From a virus (taxonomy: Duplodnaviria > Caudoviricetes): DNA of 26,412 nucleotides. Where the stretch lies: positions 1-26,412 of IMG/VR virus record IMGVR_UViG_3300007643_000048. One strand, given 5' to 3'. A program made the position numbers and the translations under genes. How positions within the stretch are numbered: position 1 is the first letter of the stretch; each line of letters starts with the position of its first letter. The notes beneath the pieces were generated by a model, which had not been told where the DNA came from, did no database searches, and saw only the letters and a program-made list of their open reading frames with translations. Below, piece after piece: positions 17,838 through 24,704 of the stretch.

Positions 17838-18104
17838 TTAAAGCCTATTATTTAAATCAGTTTCTTTTTTGCCTACACGCTCAACCGTTTTGCTAAGTAC
17901 TTCTTGCATATCTTCTGGCAAAGGCTTTAACGTACCCTTCGGAACTACAACACTATGTATAGTTAATTGCTCGTCTGTGTACTTTTGCATAATAAAGGCT
18001 AAATCTTCAACTCTTATAGGGTGTTGTGTTCTAATCTTATTATCGCCATTAATAAAATACTGTTCTTTTAAAAGCCTTTTGGCTAATTCAATGTTTACTT
18101 TCAT
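17838..18104 (-). CDS. Cassette 3 hypothetical protein (88 aa)
   Basis: Starts in the attC3 loop and reads through the left arm (EQLTIHSVVV). Confidence 0.65.
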   Translation of the reverse strand: MKVNIELAKRLLKEQYFINGDNKIRTQHPIRVEDLAFIMQKYTDEQLTIHSVVVPKGTLKPLPEDMQEVLSKTVERVGKKETDLNNRL

Positions 18105-18158
18105 ATCTATAAATTTTGTTTTTTAACTCAGCAACTAACCATACACAAACCGTTGGCA
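17944..18158 (+). repeat. attC-like site 3
   Basis: ACTACAAC (reverse complement of GTTGTAGT), arms tgtatagttaattgct / agcaactaaccataca, next core GTTGGCA at 18152. Confidence 0.85.
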
Positions 18159-18206
18159 ACAAGCGCACACTCTTAACTAATCAATACGCTTTAAAAAGTG
18201 CGCCAA

Positions 18207-18735
18207 TTGCCAACACCGTACATAGCGCATAGCTTTTAAGTGTTTATTAATTAGCTTTCGGTCTTAACTTTATTTTTTAAGCCAACGCTCACAGTTGCGT
18301 AATCGCATATAGTTTTTAGGTCTGGAAAACTTGATAGGTATTTAACAAACTTCCCTTGTAGTTTAGCGTAACCAATTTCATTACTTGTACTTTCGCCAAT
18401 GTAACCATCAACATCAATTACAAATATTCCATCGCTGTTATCAATTTTAGCAAAGTGTACTTCGTCAAGTTTTCTTTTTTGTTCGTCGGTTAGAGGAATA
18501 TTGTCAGCGTGTCCAAAAAAGGCAACACTATAAACTACATTTCCTTCAAGAGATAGTTGTTTGTTAATGGCTTCAAATTCTCTTTTAAATTTAGTTGATC
18601 CACATAAAGTAATCCGTTTCATATTTTTAGTTTCTATTGCCACCGCTTTTAAAAAATAAAGGATGATGGTCTGTTAATATTAATTTTGTTCAGTTCTCAA
18701 TCCACGCTACGACACCATGTACGTAAACGTTAGGC
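18207..18735 (+). repeat. attC-like site 4 (~530 bp; ORF nested in loop)
   Basis: TTGCCAAC (reverse complement of GTTGGCAA), arms cgtacatagcg..tagc / gcta..caccatgtacg plus an inner ctttattttttaa / ttaaaaaataaag pair, next core GTTAGGC at 18729. Confidence 0.75.
18251..18622 (-). CDS. Nucleoside 2-deoxyribosyltransferase-like / DUF4406-like protein
   Basis: ITLCGSTKF...HFAKIDNSDGIFVIDVDGYIGESTSNEIGYAKLQGK matches the NDT-like Rossmannoid pattern; ATG 18622 is preferred as start. Confidence 0.65.
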   Translation of the reverse strand: MKRITLCGSTKFKREFEAINKQLSLEGNVVYSVAFFGHADNIPLTDEQKRKLDEVHFAKIDNSDGIFVIDVDGYIGESTSNEIGYAKLQGKFVKYLSSFPDLKTICDYATVSVGLKNKVKTES

Positions 18736-18969
18736 TTCATGCGCCCCCGCTACATTACTCAATCTATAAACCTTGCAAGGATAAGTTGCTTTTTCTTCTG
18801 CAACCATAAAGTCTTTACCACATTCAAATACATCTCCATTTTTATCTACCCATATCCAAGTTTCACCGCCTCTGATTTTTTCAGGTAATATTCCAGGCAC
18901 TCGGTTTACCCATTGTTGTTTGCTTTCAAGAACAAAAAGCAACTCTGCATTTACTGTAACTTTTTCCAT
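18730..18969 (-). CDS. Cassette 5 hypothetical protein (MEKVTVNAELLF...)
   Basis: Fills the cassette; its TAA overlaps the core GTTA. Confidence 0.75.
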   Translation of the reverse strand: MEKVTVNAELLFVLESKQQWVNRVPGILPEKIRGGETWIWVDKNGDVFECGKDFMVAEEKATYPCKVYRLSNVAGAHEA

Positions 18970-19001
18970 TTTCCTTTGATTTGCCCGCCCGCAAAGCACG
19001 A

Positions 19002-19101
19002 AAGCCTAACAAGCGGTATAGTTTATAAGCCTTTGAAAGTTTAGTGTCGGACTGATGCGGTAGTGGTAGGCTTACAAAACCATACCGCCAGGCCGTTAGG
19101 C
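19002..19101 (+). repeat. attC-like site 5
   Basis: AAGCCTAAC (reverse complement of GTTAGGCTT), arms gcggtatagtttataagcct / aggcttacaaaaccataccgc, next core GTTAGGC at 19095. Confidence 0.9.
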
Positions 19102-19305
19102 ACAATGCCAGTCCTCGCTCAAAGGATAGAACACGTTTACAATTTCGTTGTTATCTGTAAACTTTAGTCGCCAACATTCATTATTCCATTTTTTTACAAC
19201 TTTTGCAATACGGTCGTGTACTACAATTAATCCATTCAAAGGCACAGTGCCTAACAATGTATATACGTCAGTTGCGGTTTGGTTCTTATTCGATACTTTT
19301 TTCAT
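19096..19305 (-). CDS. Cassette 6 hypothetical protein (69 aa from MKKVSNK)
   Basis: Starts in the attC6 loop; its TAA overlaps the core. Confidence 0.65.
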   Translation of the reverse strand: MKKVSNKNQTATDVYTLLGTVPLNGLIVVHDRIAKVVKKWNNECWRLKFTDNNEIVNVFYPLSEDWHCA

Positions 19306-19380
19306 TCTATTAAGTTTTGTTTTAAATTGATACGTCCGTGCTTCTAATCGCAACCGAACGCATATACTTTGCCGTTAAGA
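19247..19380 (+). repeat. attC-like site 6
   Basis: GTGCCTAAC (reverse complement of GTTAGGCAC), arms gtatatacgt..gttgcg / cgcaac..acgcatatac, next core GTTAAGA at 19374. Confidence 0.88.
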
Positions 19381-19692
19381 ACAAGGTGGCTTACACCATT
19401 CTTTCACTATCATATTATCAAATTGGTATTTCCAACAATCGTCACTTTCCCACCATTCATTTATTCCGTACTTGCCATTTTCGTACTTTACAAAAACTTG
19501 GTCGCAATTTTCAGGCATAGAGTCTTTAACCGCCACCCAGTTCTTAACAACAGGTATAGTTAAATTTTTAACTCGCTTTAGTGCAAAATCCACACCTGCT
19601 TGGAATCCATTACCAAAGTATGCGTTACTTCCTGCTTTTTTATAGGCTTCATCTATGCCTTTTACTATTTCTTTTTCTTCAATCTGTATCAT
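19375..19692 (-). CDS. Cassette 7 protein with DUF551-like C-terminal part
   Basis: WVAVKDSMPE...V.V...W...VKEWCKPP pattern. It starts in the attC7 loop and its TAA overlaps the core. Confidence 0.65.
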   Translation of the reverse strand: MIQIEEKEIVKGIDEAYKKAGSNAYFGNGFQAGVDFALKRVKNLTIPVVKNWVAVKDSMPENCDQVFVKYENGKYGINEWWESDDCWKYQFDNMIVKEWCKPPCS

Positions 19693-19745
19693 AATTTCTG
19701 TTCTTTTAAATTGTTAAAAATCAAACCATACCCACACCGTTAGGT
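19540..19745 (+). repeat. attC-like site 7
   Basis: GTTCTTAAC (reverse complement of GTTAAGAAC), arms ggtatagttaaatttttaac / gttaaaaatcaaaccatacc, next core GTTAGGT at 19739. Confidence 0.85.
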
Positions 19746-19770
19746 GTAATTAAATAAAAAGCGTTCGTGC

Positions 19771-20415
19771 TTAAAATAAAGTTAATTGCTTTTTATATTC
19801 ATTAAAGGCATTTACACCATTATCAAAATAAGTTTTATCTATTTCACAAATATCTAAGTCATAACCCTCCATATCACAGGCTTTTGCTATTGTCATACTT
19901 CCTCCATGCGTGTCAAGTATTTTCATACCTTTTTCAGCGTAATTTTCTAATAACCATCTATACAATAACACTGGTTTTTGTGTTGGGTGTATTCTTGTTT
20001 CTTTGTTCTTCATGTCGTATTGCAACATACCATTCCAAACAATTTCACAAATATTAACGCTTTTAGTCATAGATAAATAAGCAAGTTCAGCCCTACCAAA
20101 TGCAGTACCTTTTTTATCCCAACATAATCTCCCACCACTTAAATCATAGTTTTTGTAAAAGTTTACACCCCAAATAATTTGGTTTTTACTAACTCTTTTA
20201 AGTTCATCAAAATACTCAACACTTGGTGCAACATTATCAAATACTTTGTAATTAGTTCTTTTTGTAGCTTGTTTACCTTGTTTTTTATTGTCTTTCAATC
20301 CAATAGCATCATTACCTCCATAAGGTGGGTCTACTATTGCTAAATCATAATAATTATCGGGTTTAGTTTTCATAAACTCAATATTATCAATGTTGTAAAA
20401 ATTTATTTCTGTCAT
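19771..20415 (-). CDS. Cassette 8 N6-adenine/N4-cytosine DNA methyltransferase (beta class)
   Basis: DLAIVDPPY catalytic motif, IHPTQKPV, and ILDTHGGSMT SAM-binding motif. Confidence 0.92.
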   Translation of the reverse strand: MTEINFYNIDNIEFMKTKPDNYYDLAIVDPPYGGNDAIGLKDNKKQGKQATKRTNYKVFDNVAPSVEYFDELKRVSKNQIIWGVNFYKNYDLSGGRLCWDKKGTAFGRAELAYLSMTKSVNICEIVWNGMLQYDMKNKETRIHPTQKPVLLYRWLLENYAEKGMKILDTHGGSMTIAKACDMEGYDLDICEIDKTYFDNGVNAFNEYKKQLTLF

Positions 20416-20436
20416 ATCTAATCTTTTTATTTAAAA

Positions 20437-20490
20437 ACACCTAACAACGTATAAAGTGCATTAAAACGCACCTTATACAATGCGTTGTGC
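20437..20490 (+). repeat. attC-like site 8 (minimal, 54 bp)
   Basis: ACACCTAAC aac GTATAAAGTGC attaaaac GCACCTTATAC aatgc GTTGTGC. Confidence 0.9.
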
Positions 20491-20496
20491 ATAATA

Positions 20497-21087
20497 CTAC
20501 CCCCATTGTTCAGCCATTGCATCAGCTATACCCTGGAAAGTTGTGCTTCTTATTTTCCATCGGTCTTTGCTTGGTGGTAAGTAGTGCAGTCTTTGAGCTT
20601 GGTTTTTAGGCAGTTTTAAAAACTCCTCTTTAACGTTGTTCGTTTCCTTTAAAGGTTCTAACCCTTTTATCCATAAACAAGTTCTTTTGCTTTCCGGGTG
20701 TCCAAATTGCCAAGGCTGTATTGTTTGGGTGTACTTGCGTCCTTTTATCCTTTCAACTGCGTATTTGTGAGGTATTGGGTTTTCAATAACAACCTTTTCG
20801 CAAGGGTGGTCTAAAAACAAATTGAAGAACTTTGCGGCTTCGTCTAATTTTTCCCATCTCGTAGGGTCTTTATGTAGCCAACAAACTCCGCTATTTGTAA
20901 AATAAGTACAAGGAGGGTGTGCTATTATCATATCCCAATCTTGATACAAAATATCTTCAACATTGCCTTGGTAGTGTTTGCCTGGTTTATCTGTTGGTAG
21001 CAAGTCGCAACTTGTTACATCGTGTCCTTTTGCTGTAAACGCATCTCTTACGGTTCCGCTATATTCACAAGCTATTAATATTTTCAT
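20497..21087 (-). CDS. Cassette 9 phage DNA cytosine methyltransferase-like protein
   Basis: ILIACEYSG (motif I-like), IAHPPCT (PC motif), IENP, QPWQFGH, KRTCLW, ending AMAEQWG. Confidence 0.8.
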   Translation of the reverse strand: MKILIACEYSGTVRDAFTAKGHDVTSCDLLPTDKPGKHYQGNVEDILYQDWDMIIAHPPCTYFTNSGVCWLHKDPTRWEKLDEAAKFFNLFLDHPCEKVVIENPIPHKYAVERIKGRKYTQTIQPWQFGHPESKRTCLWIKGLEPLKETNNVKEEFLKLPKNQAQRLHYLPPSKDRWKIRSTTFQGIADAMAEQWG

Positions 21088-21117
21088 TTTATTTAGTTTT
21101 ATCAGTTAATCCCGTAC

Positions 21118-21172
21118 TATGCACAACATTGTTTATAGGGCATTAAAACGCCCCATACACTTTGCGTTAGGG
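21118..21172 (+). repeat. attC-like site 9 (minimal)
   Basis: TATGCACAAC att GTTTATAGGGC attaaaac GCCCCATACAC tttgc GTTAGGG; same loop as site 8 with compensatory stem changes. Confidence 0.9.
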
Positions 21173-21213
21173 CTGAATAGCCCATCGAGGGCACGTGTAA
21201 CGAAACATTAATA

Positions 21214-21390
21214 TTATTTATCATATTTCAACGAGGAAATTCTATTTTCAATATCAGATAAAGCCTCATTAGTCAGTCCTTCTAACAAAGAATAATGCCT
21301 TTCCAATGATTCTATCATTTCCTCTTTAGTTTTTGATGTTCTAATACCTTCAATTACAAAACCAAAGTTATCTGTGTGTTTTAATGTCAT
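21214..21390 (-). CDS. Cassette 10 small protein (58 aa, MTLKHTDNFGFVIEG...)
   Basis: Manually translated; fits inside the cassette. Confidence 0.6.
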   Translation of the reverse strand: MTLKHTDNFGFVIEGIRTSKTKEEMIESLERHYSLLEGLTNEALSDIENRISSLKYDK

Positions 21391-21416
21391 AATATTAAAA
21401 TTTCTAATGTTACACT

Positions 21417-21595
21417 TATTCAGCCCTAACGCTCAACGTATGGCTGCACCTACCAATGGTAGTTTTACTTTTGCTATTTAATTGATAACTCAATGTTCAA
21501 CTCACCCTAACAAGATGTAAAGTTCATCGGTGCAACTCAATCGGTTCTAATGTGTGTGCGTTGCACCCACGAACCTTACACGTTGAGCGTTAGGG
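21417..21595 (+). repeat. attC-like site 10 (composite, two left arms)
   Basis: TATTCAGCCCTAAC (14-bp reverse complement of the 21166 core), a second CCCTAAC at 21505, and right arm ...acgttgagc GTTAGGG at 21589. Confidence 0.8.
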
Positions 21596-21636
21596 TTTAA
21601 TGGTGCATCGAGCACCATAAATCAGCCTTTTAAAAA

Positions 21637-21783
21637 TTATTTAGGTTTTTTCCTATACCTAAAAAATCCGTAACCTCTTTCAATCTCATTTAATTCTGTT
21701 TCTGTTATAATTATTTCAGTCCAACTGCATCCTGTTACAGTGTATTCAGCCAACTCACCAAGTTCAAATGTTTCTTTACTCAT
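21637..21783 (-). CDS. Cassette 11 small protein (48 aa, MSKETFELGELAEY...)
   Basis: Manually translated; fits inside the cassette. Confidence 0.6.
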   Translation of the reverse strand: MSKETFELGELAEYTVTGCSWTEIIITETELNEIERGYGFFRYRKKPK

Positions 21784-21809
21784 AATTTTAAAATTCTAAA
21801 AGATTTATT

Positions 21810-21985
21810 CCATTAAACCCTAACCTCAAAGCATAGACTACGCTCGGCTATGGTCGTTTTATTTTTATTCAATTTGTTTCTAATCGCTACATCACTAATC
21901 CTAACACGACATAAAGTCAAAAGAGCGTAGCAAACGGTCTTATTGAATATGCTACGCATCTTCAGACCTTATGCTTTGAGGATAA
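21810..21985 (+). repeat. attC-like site 11 (composite; ends in GATAA instead of GTT core)
   Basis: CCATTAAACCCTAAC (15-bp reverse complement of the 21589 core), arms ctcaaagcata / tatgctttgag, and a second CCTAAC at ~21900. Confidence 0.78.
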
Positions 21986-22072
21986 AAACAATTGACACAT
22001 CCCAAACAAAAAAACCGCTAATGCTAATAATGTTACTATCCAAATGCTTTTAATTTCTGTTTTTATTTTCAT
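21962..22072 (-). CDS. Small hydrophobic peptide (36 aa) coupled to terL, running into the last attC-like arm
   Basis: ATGA overlap with the terL stop; MKIKTEIKSIWIVTLLALAVFLFGMCQLFLSSKHKV. Confidence 0.5.
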   Translation of the reverse strand: MKIKTEIKSIWIVTLLALAVFLFGMCQLFLSSKHKV

Positions 22073-23802
22073 ACACCAAATGTTATTTCTTTTTCTGGAT
22101 CGTTGTATTGGCTGTTTTCGGTAGTATCTTCTATAGATAGTATTGCACCTAAAGCCATAATAGATGCTACTACACCATCTACACGTTTATTGCCTAAATG
22201 GCTGCGGCCTTTATGTACTTTTATGTTTTCGTTTGCATCCTGGTACATTACACAACCTGCAAGCATCCATTGCATAATTTTATTACCATCATGTTTTAAT
22301 TTACCATCGTACACAAGTTTTTCAAATTGTTTAGTTGGGTAACTTATTACACCTATTGCTTGACTAAAAAAAGAAGTTTCTATACCTTGCTCTTGTATTT
22401 CGTTTCGCAATTGTTCTGCGTTCCATTTATCGAACTCTATACATGTTGTGTTATATAAATGTGTTTTTTGTAATAGCAACTTTTTAATTTCAGCATAATC
22501 TATAGTATTACCAGGTGTGGCATTTAGTATGCTTAGATCTTTCCAGTAACGATATGGCACGCGATCTTCTTTACTTCGCGCCTCTATTGTGGCTTCTGGG
22601 CAAAAGAAATATGGCAATATGTAGTAATCACCATCGTTATCTGGGTTTGTAAGCCATACAACTGCGGTTAAATCTTTAGTTGTACTTAAATCTACTGCGG
22701 CATAACTGCCAAACTCGGTTGCTTTTTCTAAAAATAAGGCTTGATAATCACTAGTTGTTACTTGGTTTTTGTTCCAAATTTCTGCTGGAATCCAAATCTC
22801 TGGCGCATCTACCCACATATTAAGATGCTTTGTTTTAAAATTTGGTATTTTACTTGGTTGGTTTTTGGCTTTGGTGTACTCTTTTCGTAAAAAATCTAGT
22901 GTTACTGTTACACCTAAATTTGGATTTGCTTTGTGCCAATTGGTTTCTACTTCCCAATCATCGCCATCATCTAAATCGTGAATCATTATAAAAAAATGAT
23001 TGTCTTTTAATCGGCCCTCTAAAATTTCTATACATTGATCTTCAAAGTTTTTACATACACCTGCAATGTTTGTGCCTGCGGTTGTAATTGTATAAACCAA
23101 TGGCTGTTTACGTTCGGCCATCGAACTTTCTAAATTTTCTTTTACTGAATCGTCACGATGCGCATGGTATTCGTCTATTATTGATAGTGAACTATTAATA
23201 CCATCTTGTGTTTTGCTATCACCACCAAGCGGTTTTATAAATGCGTTTGTGAATTTTATTTCACGCTGTAGCACTCTAAAACCAAGTGCTTTTAATACGG
23301 TTGATTTATTAATAAAATCGCACGCTTGATGGAAGCAAAGTTTAGCCTGTTCTTCTTTAGTTGCGCCAATATAACATTCTGCACCTGGTTCTAAATCAAA
23401 CGAAATGTGATCTAATGCAAGGCCTGCCATTGTAGCGGTCTTGCCATTTTTCTTTGCTACTTTTTCATATACATTATTTATCCTACGTATTGGGCCAAGC
23501 TTCGGATGGTCCTGCATCCATGCAAACACATTGTAAATAGTAAATTGCTGGTAAGGTGCTAAAACAAAATTTGTACCAGCAGATTTACCTTTGGTGTGCT
23601 GCAGTAATGTTTCGAAAAATCTGATCTTACTAATACCTTTACTGTGGTCCAAATAAAAACCATCTGTATCTGCGGTTTCTATCCATAAATAAAATCTATC
23701 TACAGCTTGACGCACGCGTTTACCAACAATAATTTTACCGTTTAATACATCTGCAGCGTACTTAAATGGTATTGATTTTATATGTTGGTTGGTGATTTGC
23801 AT
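22069..23802 (-). CDS. terL: Terminase large subunit
   Basis: Walker A VAKKNGKT, Walker B SIIDEYHAH, ITTAG, and nuclease motifs AVDLSTTKDLTA and RVDGVVA. Confidence 0.97.
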   Translation of the reverse strand: MQITNQHIKSIPFKYAADVLNGKIIVGKRVRQAVDRFYLWIETADTDGFYLDHSKGISKIRFFETLLQHTKGKSAGTNFVLAPYQQFTIYNVFAWMQDHPKLGPIRRINNVYEKVAKKNGKTATMAGLALDHISFDLEPGAECYIGATKEEQAKLCFHQACDFINKSTVLKALGFRVLQREIKFTNAFIKPLGGDSKTQDGINSSLSIIDEYHAHRDDSVKENLESSMAERKQPLVYTITTAGTNIAGVCKNFEDQCIEILEGRLKDNHFFIMIHDLDDGDDWEVETNWHKANPNLGVTVTLDFLRKEYTKAKNQPSKIPNFKTKHLNMWVDAPEIWIPAEIWNKNQVTTSDYQALFLEKATEFGSYAAVDLSTTKDLTAVVWLTNPDNDGDYYILPYFFCPEATIEARSKEDRVPYRYWKDLSILNATPGNTIDYAEIKKLLLQKTHLYNTTCIEFDKWNAEQLRNEIQEQGIETSFFSQAIGVISYPTKQFEKLVYDGKLKHDGNKIMQWMLAGCVMYQDANENIKVHKGRSHLGNKRVDGVVASIMALGAILSIEDTTENSQYNDPEKEITFGV

Positions 23803-23803
23803 T

Positions 23804-24277
23804 TTACTGTGCTAACTTGTTTGCTATGGTTTCAAAAAGTGATAATTGATTTTCGTTTATTTCCTGTGGTTTTAGTTTTTGGCGATCTCGTATTGATAAA
23901 CCAAAGTGTGCAGATACTTCGTCTAAATGTTTATCTGCTTTTTCAATAATTGAAACATGGCCTGTAACATTTGTAGCGCCAGATGCAAACTTTTGCACCA
24001 AGCCTGCATAACCTTTTTTGTTTACATGATAAATTGCTTTACTTCTGGCGTCCATCCAAAACGCAGCCTTTTGTAAGTGCGGTAAATCCAACTGTGTTAT
24101 TTGATTTGTTTTTACAAACTCAAAACCAAACCAGTACCACCATTTTTTTTGAGATGCGCTAAGTTTCATATTTACCAATGGCGCAGGGAGATCTTTTAAA
24201 ATATCATACAATGATTTTTCTTCTGGTGTTTGTATTGGACCAGATGCTTTGTGCGCTACCTTCAAATTATTATTCAT
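23804..24277 (-). CDS. terS: Terminase small subunit (P27-like)
   Basis: Directly upstream of terL; C-terminal HFGLSIRDRQKL motif. Confidence 0.85.
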   Translation of the reverse strand: MNNNLKVAHKASGPIQTPEEKSLYDILKDLPAPLVNMKLSASQKKWWYWFGFEFVKTNQITQLDLPHLQKAAFWMDARSKAIYHVNKKGYAGLVQKFASGATNVTGHVSIIEKADKHLDEVSAHFGLSIRDRQKLKPQEINENQLSLFETIANKLAQ

Positions 24278-24385
24278 ACTATTATTTTTATACCCCCCTT
24301 ACCTAAAAACTACTGCGAGTAAAAATGTCACTTACAGGCGATGTTAAGCGGTGTGTGTTGTTATCGATTTTACCCCATACCCCTT
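24278..24385. other. Candidate cos/packaging-site region
   Basis: Non-coding gap between HNH and terS with G-runs on the minus strand (AGGGGTATGGGG...AAGGGGGGTA). This is where cos sits in HK97-like phages; inferred from position only. Confidence 0.4.
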
Positions 24386-24702
24386 TTAAAACCATGCGAT
24401 TCTTTACCACTTTTACTATTATGATGTTTATTACATAATGGATTAAAAAATTCATCGTTTAAGTTATCTAAATCAAAGCCTAGACCACCATCTAAGTATC
24501 TTACAATGTGGTCGGTTACTTGTGATGGTGTTGCTACTCCTTCTTTATCACACTCAATACAAAGCGGATGCCTTTGCTTGTATGCTTTACTAAACTTACG
24601 CCAACGCTTGTCTTGATAGAACCAATCCATATTTACAGCACGTTGCTGTTTCTTCCTTGGCTGTACCCAAGGGCGTTTCTTACTTTCTGGTGCGTTTGGC
24701 AT
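24370..24702 (-). CDS. HNH endonuclease (HK97 gp74-like terminase cofactor)
   Basis: PLCIEC...TDHI...LCNKHHNSKS motif; upstream of terS. Confidence 0.9.
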   Translation of the reverse strand: MPNAPESKKRPWVQPRKKQQRAVNMDWFYQDKRWRKFSKAYKQRHPLCIECDKEGVATPSQVTDHIVRYLDGGLGFDLDNLNDEFFNPLCNKHHNSKSGKESHGFKRGMG

Positions 24703-24704
24703 AC

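Larger units (their letters stand above)
16851..21985 (+). mobile_element. Integron-like array of 11 gene cassettes
   Basis: Cores at 16851, 17372, 17827, 18152, 18729, 19095, 19374, 19739, 20484, 21166 and 21589. Each has an 8-15 bp perfect reverse complement ending in AAC downstream, followed by an imperfect hairpin that ends at the next GTT. Confidence 0.88.

Noticed and set aside
12111-21087. Genome-wide TAG reassignment (genetic code 15-like) to explain the capsid stop
   Set aside because: TAG ends several genes at plausible termini (8906, 15795, 17377, 17585, and 20497 after AMAEQWG), and no other long gene shows an internal TAG.
16851-21985. CRISPR array or simple terminator series
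   Set aside because: Units are not identical direct repeats with constant spacers. They enclose whole genes, and the hairpins lack U-tracts and show cassette-specific core complementarity.
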